From positions 28,605 to 92,604 of the forward strand of contig DATLWK010000008.1 of assembly GCA_035576365.1 (NCBI GenBank): DNA of 64,000 bases. Reading direction: 5' to 3'. Positions 57,588 through 64,000 of this stretch are shown in pieces; position 1 is the first letter of the stretch, and each line of letters starts with the position of its first letter. The notes beneath the pieces were generated by a model. It was given only the letters and a program-made list of their open reading frames with translations, ran no database searches and was not told the DNA's origin. The translations under genes and the position numbers were made by a program. This DNA is from Sphingomicrobium sp. (GTDB lineage Bacteria; Pseudomonadota; Alphaproteobacteria; Sphingomonadales; Sphingomonadaceae).

Positions 57588-58706
57588 TCAGGCCGGCGGT
57601 GAAAGCGCCGACAGCGACGTCAAAAGCCGAACCAGGTCCTGCTGCCGATTGACCCCCACCTTGTTGAAGACGTGCTTCAAGTGGGCACGCGCCGTCGACG
57701 GCTGAATGTGCAGCAGCGCCGCCGCGCTTTCGACGCTGTGGCCGGCCGACAGGGCGCTAGCCAGGCGTGCCTCCGTCTCCGTCAAGCAGTATAAGCTGGT
57801 CAGCATGTCCGGATCGGCCGAGCGATGATCTCCGGTGTCATGGACCATCACCAGCACCTTCGCCTCGGCCGCGGCCAGCTCATCGTCCGCAAAAGATAGA
57901 GGCGCAACAAAGACCGCGTAAGGCAGCCGTCCCGACGGGCGCGACACGCGCGTCCAGCCGCCGGCCGGGCCGTCCAGCGGCGCGATCGCGCTTCGTATCA
58001 TTTGGTCCAGTTTCGACTGCTCGGTTGAACTGGAAGTCCGGAGATGGCCAGCCCCGGCAGTCAAGCCGTCGGCGCAGCCAAGCAATGCTCCACCCGGGCC
58101 ATTGGCGAACAGCAGCTTCCCCTGGGCGTCAAGCGCGAATACAGCCTGAGGCAGCGCTTCCAGCATTGCCGAGCTGAACCGCTGGAATGCTCGAAGCGTG
58201 CCGATCTGGTCTGCGAGCGTCAATGCACGGCCCATGTGCGGGGCCAGCAGGTTGAAAAGATGGACGTCCTCTCGTTGGACGTGGCCTTGCGCCGGGCTGC
58301 GCTGGAGCGACCAGACAGGCCGGTGCTGCTGTGTCTCAGGCAAGGAACCGCCGATGAAGTAGCGAAGGTCGTGCTGCCCGAACCAATCATAGACCGGGTC
58401 GGTATTCATCTCCGTTTCGGTGATCAGCATGGAGTCGCAGACGAAGCTTAGATCCGGGTGGTCCATCATGAAGCGGGTGCGCCGGCAGATGGGCTGATAT
58501 TGCTTGGAATAGGTCGCGCACTGTTCGCTGGTGAATCGGCCCGCCAGGTTGAAGGCGGCCGCGCTCTCCTGCTTCGGCACGAAGCCGATGACCGCCCCGG
58601 CGCTGTCGGTTAGTTCCTCGACGGCGTGCAGCGCATCTTCCCACCGTGCACTCCCGGTGGCGGCCGCATAGATCGTGTCAACAGTGGCGCTGTACTTATC
58701 CAGCAT
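57588..58706 (-). CDS. LuxR-type HTH regulator with GAF/PAS-like sensor domains
   Basis: LTETEARLASAL..G.SVESAA..STARAHLKHVFNKVGVNRQQDLV; PAS-like VFALDAQGKLLFAN. Confidence 0.9.
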   Translation of the reverse strand: MLDKYSATVDTIYAAATGSARWEDALHAVEELTDSAGAVIGFVPKQESAAAFNLAGRFTSEQCATYSKQYQPICRRTRFMMDHPDLSFVCDSMLITETEMNTDPVYDWFGQHDLRYFIGGSLPETQQHRPVWSLQRSPAQGHVQREDVHLFNLLAPHMGRALTLADQIGTLRAFQRFSSAMLEALPQAVFALDAQGKLLFANGPGGALLGCADGLTAGAGHLRTSSSTEQSKLDQMIRSAIAPLDGPAGGWTRVSRPSGRLPYAVFVAPLSFADDELAAAEAKVLVMVHDTGDHRSADPDMLTSLYCLTETEARLASALSAGHSVESAAALLHIQPSTARAHLKHVFNKVGVNRQQDLVRLLTSLSALSPPA

Positions 58707-58831
58707 GCGGCCACTCCCGCGCCGATGCCTACCCCAAACAGGGGATGTAACCACCGATTAAATCAAAAGTAAATTGATGTGTATTTGGGCGTGGCTCGCC
58801 AGGCGTGCCGCTCGAACTGGGGAGAAAGGCA

Positions 58832-59725
58832 ATGTTCCGTCCGCTGATCATCTCCGTACTGCTCGCAACCAGCGCGTCGGCTTGGGCTCGCATCGGCCCG
58901 GAAATCGCATATTCGACGCAAACGGAAGTGTACCTCGTCAACGCTGACGGCAGCGGCAAGGTTAGACTGCATCGCAGCAAATCCAATGATTTCATCAGCA
59001 GCGTCGCCCTTAAACCGGGCGGGGGGACGATCGCGTTCGTCGAAAACTGGACTCTCAAGTTTCTCGACTACAATTCCGCCGGCCAGCCAGTCGGGACGAT
59101 ACGGACGATCAGGCCGAGCTGTTACCGCCTTGCCGATGTCCACTTCCATCCTGACGGCAACTCTGTTCTTTATTGGGAGGTCTGCGGCAACGATGGGGTC
59201 GTGAAGCGCGTCGCAGTGCCCACCAGCGCCAATCCCAACCCGCTACCGGAAACCCTTTTTACGGTAACCGATCTTCAGGAGTTGGGGCCTTGGGAGCCGG
59301 GAGGGAATTCGTTCTTGTACACGGTCCTGACCCCCACGAGCATAGAGCTTCGTCGTCGCTACACTGACGGCACGGCGGACCCTGCGAACCCGATCGCCAG
59401 CTCGACGCACCACATCAAATATCCTGAGGTTTCCGGCTCCGGCGATCGAATCCTGATCTCGGATTCTCCCTTGGCGGCGGGCGCCTATCCTGGCCCCGGT
59501 TACACCAGTGAGATCGATTCTGCCGGCTCCGTCGTCCGCCCGAACTTCATTTCGGGTCGCATGGGCCGTTATGCGCCGGGGAACGACCCAAGGATCGTTT
59601 TCATTTTCCAGAAATCCTACAACGAGCGCTACCTCCAATATTTGGATGGAGACGGACAGGTAAGGCGGATCGGGGGCAAGGGCGTCTACGTGTCGGTCGA
59701 TTGGGGAGAAGCTAGCGCCAGGTGA
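58832..59725 (+). CDS. secreted TolB/PD40-like beta-propeller protein
   Basis: Signal peptide ending ASA; IAYS..EVYLVNADGSG, FHPDGNSVLY, WEPGGNSFLY repeats. Confidence 0.75.
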   Translation: MFRPLIISVLLATSASAWARIGPEIAYSTQTEVYLVNADGSGKVRLHRSKSNDFISSVALKPGGGTIAFVENWTLKFLDYNSAGQPVGTIRTIRPSCYRLADVHFHPDGNSVLYWEVCGNDGVVKRVAVPTSANPNPLPETLFTVTDLQELGPWEPGGNSFLYTVLTPTSIELRRRYTDGTADPANPIASSTHHIKYPEVSGSGDRILISDSPLAAGAYPGPGYTSEIDSAGSVVRPNFISGRMGRYAPGNDPRIVFIFQKSYNERYLQYLDGDGQVRRIGGKGVYVSVDWGEASAR

Positions 59726-59732
59726 GGTCGGC

Positions 59733-61475
59733 TCAGCTGCGCCTGCGCGACTTCCAATAATCGAGCGCCGCTTCGGCCTCGAGCGGCTTGGCGAAATAAT
59801 AGCCCTGGCCGCTCGCGCAGCCGAGCGTCGCCAGGGTCGTCGCCAGCTCGACGGTTTCGATCCCCTCGGCAGTTGTCGACATGCCGAGCGCGTCGGCCAG
59901 GCTGAGGACCGCGCGGACGATGGCGACGCTGTCGGGGTCGACCATCATTCCCGAGACGAAGCTGCGGTCGATCTTGAGCACGTCGATCGGCAGCCGCTGA
60001 AGGTAGGCGAGGCTCGAATAGCCGGTGCCGAAATCGTCCATCGCCACGGTCGCGTCGAGCGCCTTGAGCGCCTCGAACACTCGCGTCGCGCGCGCCGGAT
60101 CCTGGACGATCGAGCTTTCGGTCAGCTCGAGCGACAGTCGGTCTCCGGTCAGTCCGCTCGAGCGAAGCGCGCTTGCGACCACCTCGGCGATATTGTCCCG
60201 AGCGACCTGGATCGCCGATAGATTGACCCCGACGTAGAGTGGCAGTTTCTCGCCGGCCTGCCGATCCCAGTCGGCGAGCGTCCGAGCGGCTTTGTCCATC
60301 GCCCAGCGGCCGAGCTGCAGGATCAGGCCCGATTCCTCGGCGACCGGGATGAACTCGGTCGGGCTGATCTCGCCGCGATCGGCGTGGGTCCAGCGGGCAA
60401 GGGCCTCGAAGCCGGCGACTTCCCCCGACTTCAGATTGATCAGCGGCTGGTAGAAAAGCTTGAGCTGGTCCTTGTCGAGCGCGCGGCGAAGCTCGGTCTC
60501 GATCGAGAATCGCCGGCGGGCGAGGCTCGCCTCCTTGGGCTCATAGACCTGCGGCTTGCCGGCCTGCTTGGCCTGCTTGACCGCGAACTGGGCATTGCGG
60601 AACAGCTCCTCGGCGTCGTGGCCGGGCTGCATCAGCGCGATCCCGATTGCGCATTCGATGCGGATCTCCAGCTCCGAAATCTTGAACGGCGCCGACATCA
60701 CTTCCTGGATCCGCTCGGCCGTCTTGAGCGCGTCCTCGACGCCGCGGCGAAGCGAGACGAGGATTCCGAACTCGTTGCCGCCGGTGCGGGCGAGGACGTC
60801 GCCGCCGCGAAGCGCCGAGATCAGCCGGCGGGCGAAGGTGATCAGGAGTTCGTCGCCGGCGAGGCTGCCCATGCTCTCGTTGATCCGGCTGAAGCGCAGC
60901 ATGTCGACGATCAGGACCGCATGCTCGCAATCGCGCCCCACATTCTCGCCGAGTCCCTCGATCGTCTCGGTGAAGCCAAGGCGGTTCGGAAGTCCCGTGA
61001 GGCTGTCGCGAAGCATCTCGGCGCGGAGAGCGCGCTCGGCCTGCACCTCGACCGTTCGGTCGACCACGGACAAAAGGCAACGCGCTTGGCCGTCGGCGGC
61101 GGGCGCAAGCGGCGCCAGCTTAAGCTTGAGAAAGCGGCGCTCGGGACCGTCGCCATCGAAAAGGTCGAGCTCGTCATCGGCATTCGACGGGCAGTCGAGA
61201 AAAGCGCGGATGAACGCACCGCCTGGGCCCTGCGAATAATTGCGGAACATCTCGACGAACGAAGACTGGTCCCCATGGCATCCGGCCAGCTCTAGAAACC
61301 GCTGGTTGAGGGCATGGACCCACAATTTTTCGCCTTTGATCGAGAAGATTCCAGCAGCGATCGGCAGGGCTTCGATGAGCCGGCTGTCATCGACTCCGGT
61401 TGGAATGACCTCGACCGGCGGGCGATCAGCTCGCGCGGAACCGAGGTCGCCAACGAGTTGAGAGGCAGCCTGCAT
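59733..61475 (-). CDS. GGDEF(degenerate)-EAL protein, probable phosphodiesterase
   Basis: DSLTGLPNR, RTGGNEF, GFEALARW, DDFGTGYSSL, EGIE. Confidence 0.92.
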   Translation of the reverse strand: MQAASQLVGDLGSARADRPPVEVIPTGVDDSRLIEALPIAAGIFSIKGEKLWVHALNQRFLELAGCHGDQSSFVEMFRNYSQGPGGAFIRAFLDCPSNADDELDLFDGDGPERRFLKLKLAPLAPAADGQARCLLSVVDRTVEVQAERALRAEMLRDSLTGLPNRLGFTETIEGLGENVGRDCEHAVLIVDMLRFSRINESMGSLAGDELLITFARRLISALRGGDVLARTGGNEFGILVSLRRGVEDALKTAERIQEVMSAPFKISELEIRIECAIGIALMQPGHDAEELFRNAQFAVKQAKQAGKPQVYEPKEASLARRRFSIETELRRALDKDQLKLFYQPLINLKSGEVAGFEALARWTHADRGEISPTEFIPVAEESGLILQLGRWAMDKAARTLADWDRQAGEKLPLYVGVNLSAIQVARDNIAEVVASALRSSGLTGDRLSLELTESSIVQDPARATRVFEALKALDATVAMDDFGTGYSSLAYLQRLPIDVLKIDRSFVSGMMVDPDSVAIVRAVLSLADALGMSTTAEGIETVELATTLATLGCASGQGYYFAKPLEAEAALDYWKSRRRS

Positions 61476-61557
61476 GGCAAGCCTATTACGCGCACGAGGT
61501 TAACTCCAGGTATCCGACTTCTGCTTCGCGGGGTTGTTGATCGAGGTTGGGTTTCGC

Positions 61558-63786
61558 TCAGGCAAACCGGTTGTTGCGCGGAAATCCGATCGGCGGCAGA
61601 CGCCCGGCCGCGCCGCGCGCCGCGCGCCAAGGCGACAAGTCGGACTCGGTTCGGGTCCGGCCGCTCTCGCCGCCGAGCGGCCAGCTGAGCCCGTCCGCGA
61701 TCCGGAAGGCGATCGCGTCGCCAAGCCCGCCGTCGCGATAGCGCTGCAAGGCCACGCCCTGGCCCCGGGCCAGCTCGGGAAGCTCGGCGAGCGGGAACAC
61801 CAGCATCTTGCGGTTTTCGCCGATGACGGCGACGGCGTCCGCGCCTTCCGGGATCGGCCGGACGACCGCGACCCGGGCGCCGGGACGAAGATTGACCAGC
61901 TGCTTGCCCTTGCGGGTCTCGGCGACCATCGCCTCGCCGCCGGTGACGAAGCCGCGCCCGTCCGATGCGGCAATCAGCAGCTTGGTTTCCGGCCGGGCGA
62001 CCAGCAAGGCGGCGATTCCGACCTCGGCATCGAGGTCGATGAACAGCCGGACGGGCTCGCCGAACCCTCGTCCGCCGGGCAGCTTGTCGCCGCCCAGAGT
62101 GTAGACCCGGCCATTTTCGGCGACGAGCGCCAGCTTGTCGGTGGTCTGGGCGTGGAAGTGGATGAACGGGCCGTCGCCCTCGCGCCATTTGAGCTGCTCG
62201 ATCTCCTCGAGCGCGACATGGCCCTTCATCGCCCGGATCCAGCCGCGCTGCGACAGGATGACGGTGATCGGCTCCTTCTCGATCATCGCCGACCAGTCGA
62301 TCTCGCGAGCGGTCGCGGCAATCTCCTCGAGCCGGGTTCGCCGCGCATCGCCGAACTTCTCGCGGGCGGCGGCGAGATCCTTCTTGAGCCGCGTGCGCTG
62401 CCGGCCGGGGCTTTCGATCAGCTTGGCGAGCTCGTCGCGCTCCTTGACCAGGCGGTCGCGCTCGCGGCCGATTTCCATCTCCTCGAGCTTGCGCAGCGAC
62501 CTCAGGCGCATGTTGAGGATCGCCTCGGCCTGCCGCTCGGACAGCGAGAATTCGGCGATCAGCACCGGCTTGGGCTCGTCCTCGGCGCGGATGATGGCGA
62601 TCACCCGGTCGAGGTTGAGGAAGGCGACGAGGAAGCCGTCGAGCAGCTCCAGCCGGTCGTCGATCTTGCCGATCCGCACCTGGCTCTTGCGGACCAGCAC
62701 CTCGATCTGGAACTTGAGCCACGCCGACAGCGCCTCCCTGAGGCTCATCACCATCGGCGTCCGGTTCTCGTCGAGGACATTGAGGTTGAGCGGGAAGCGC
62801 ACCTCGAGATCGGTGAGGCGATAGAGGCTTTCGAGCAGCAGGTCGGGGTCGACGGTGCGGGCGCGCGGCTCGAGGATCAGCCGCACCTGCTCGTCGCTTT
62901 CGTCCCTGACGTCGGCGAGGATCGGCAATTTTTTGTCGGCGATCAGCGCGGCGATCTGCTCGATCAGCCTCGATTTCTGCACTCCGTAGGGGATTTCGCT
63001 GACCAGCAGGCGCCAGCCGCCGCCCTTTTCCCTTTCCACCTCGATCCTGGCGCGAAGCCGGAAGCTGCCGCGGCCGGTTTCATAGGCCTGGGCGATTGCC
63101 GCCTGGCTGTCGACCAGCACTCCGCCGGTCGGGAAGTCGGGGCCGGCGACGAAATCCATCAATGCCCTGCCCTCGGCCTTGGGATTGTCGATCAGGTGGG
63201 TCGCCGCGTCGATCAGCTCCGAGACATTGTGGGGCGGGATCGACGTCGCCATTCCGACGGCGATCCCGCTGGCGCCGTTGGCAAGCAGGTTGGGGAACAG
63301 GCCCGGGAAGACCTCCGGTTCCTCTTCCTCGCCATTGTAGGTCGGGCGGAAATCGACCGCGCCTTCGTCGATCCCCGCCATCAGCGCTGTGGCGACCGCC
63401 GTCAGCCGCGCCTCGGTGTAGCGGTAGGCGGCGGCATTATCGCCGTCGATGTTGCCGAAATTGCCCTGGCCGTCGACGAGCGGATAGCGGAGCGCGAAAT
63501 CCTGGGCGAGCCGAACCATCGCGTCGTAGACCGACGCGTCGCCGTGCGGATGATATTTGCCGATGACGTCGCCGACCACGCGCGCCGATTTCTTGTAGGC
63601 GCCGCCGGGGTCCAGCCGGAGCAGCCGCATTGCCCAAAGCAGCCGCCGATGGACGGGTTTCAAGCCATCGCGGACGTCCGGCAGGGATCGGGCGGTGATC
63701 GTCGACAGTGCGTAGACGAGGTAGCGCTCGGAAAGGGCGGCATCGAACGGAGTGTCGATGGTCTGGGATTCGGAATTCGGGTCCAT
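61558..63786 (-). CDS. parC: DNA topoisomerase IV subunit A
   Basis: LPDVRDGLKPVHRR, GKYHPHGDASVYDAMVR, AAAYRYTEARL. Confidence 0.96.
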   Translation of the reverse strand: MDPNSESQTIDTPFDAALSERYLVYALSTITARSLPDVRDGLKPVHRRLLWAMRLLRLDPGGAYKKSARVVGDVIGKYHPHGDASVYDAMVRLAQDFALRYPLVDGQGNFGNIDGDNAAAYRYTEARLTAVATALMAGIDEGAVDFRPTYNGEEEEPEVFPGLFPNLLANGASGIAVGMATSIPPHNVSELIDAATHLIDNPKAEGRALMDFVAGPDFPTGGVLVDSQAAIAQAYETGRGSFRLRARIEVEREKGGGWRLLVSEIPYGVQKSRLIEQIAALIADKKLPILADVRDESDEQVRLILEPRARTVDPDLLLESLYRLTDLEVRFPLNLNVLDENRTPMVMSLREALSAWLKFQIEVLVRKSQVRIGKIDDRLELLDGFLVAFLNLDRVIAIIRAEDEPKPVLIAEFSLSERQAEAILNMRLRSLRKLEEMEIGRERDRLVKERDELAKLIESPGRQRTRLKKDLAAAREKFGDARRTRLEEIAATAREIDWSAMIEKEPITVILSQRGWIRAMKGHVALEEIEQLKWREGDGPFIHFHAQTTDKLALVAENGRVYTLGGDKLPGGRGFGEPVRLFIDLDAEVGIAALLVARPETKLLIAASDGRGFVTGGEAMVAETRKGKQLVNLRPGARVAVVRPIPEGADAVAVIGENRKMLVFPLAELPELARGQGVALQRYRDGGLGDAIAFRIADGLSWPLGGESGRTRTESDLSPWRAARGAAGRLPPIGFPRNNRFA

Positions 63787-63908
63787 GGCCGCTGCCTAGC
63801 AAGCCCGCGCCGCTCCCGCCACGGCCGCTTCACTCACCATATTGGATGACAATCGGGAACACCGGCTGGCGCCGGGCTTTATCCCGCCGCACTCAAGAGG
63901 AGAGCGAC

Positions 63909-64000
63909 GTGAGGAAAATTGCACTCGTTTTCGCTGCGGCCGGCACCGCCGCATTGGCCACCGGCTGCGCGACCAGGCCCGACCCTGTCCCGCCTGTCCC
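63909..64000 (+). CDS. lipoprotein, 5' end only (cut by window edge)
   Basis: GTG start, RBS GAGGAG, MRKIALVFAAAGTAALATGC lipobox. Confidence 0.7.
   Translation, partial: MRKIALVFAAAGTAALATGCATRPDPVPPV

Overview
GC-rich alphaproteobacterial chromosomal segment, most consistent with Sphingomonadaceae (inferred from gene content and protein sequences). It is mostly housekeeping: pyrF end, accD, folC, ampG, rluB-like, rsmD, rpsA, ihfB, pgsA, katG/oxyR, cysE-like, cmk, nadA, grxD/bolA, CoA-transferase A/B, gabD-like, glmU/glmS, tonB-exbB-exbD-exbD, folB, cca and parC. It also carries tRNA-Leu(TAA), tRNA-Ala(GGC), two tandem Flp pilins, two GGDEF-EAL genes, a PilZ gene and a few small accessory insertions. 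I saw no integrase, transposase, prophage or CRISPR array. Best novel candidate: a consensus sigma54 promoter (33532-33547) with no downstream ORF, followed by about 75 nt of two hairpins and a U-tract. This looks like an unannotated sigma54-dependent sRNA, and its CU-rich loop can pair weakly with the ribosome-binding regions of both Flp pilin mRNAs. Second: trpFBA and aroA are absent from their usual alphaproteobacterial positions, which hints at lost aromatic amino acid synthesis, and cmk and rpsA are separated as if by a ~14 kb inversion. Also found: a frameshifted Rieske oxygenase, an unlisted 56-aa membrane ORF, several operator or promoter motifs and REP-like palindromes. Product names come from recognising protein motifs by eye; no database search was run.
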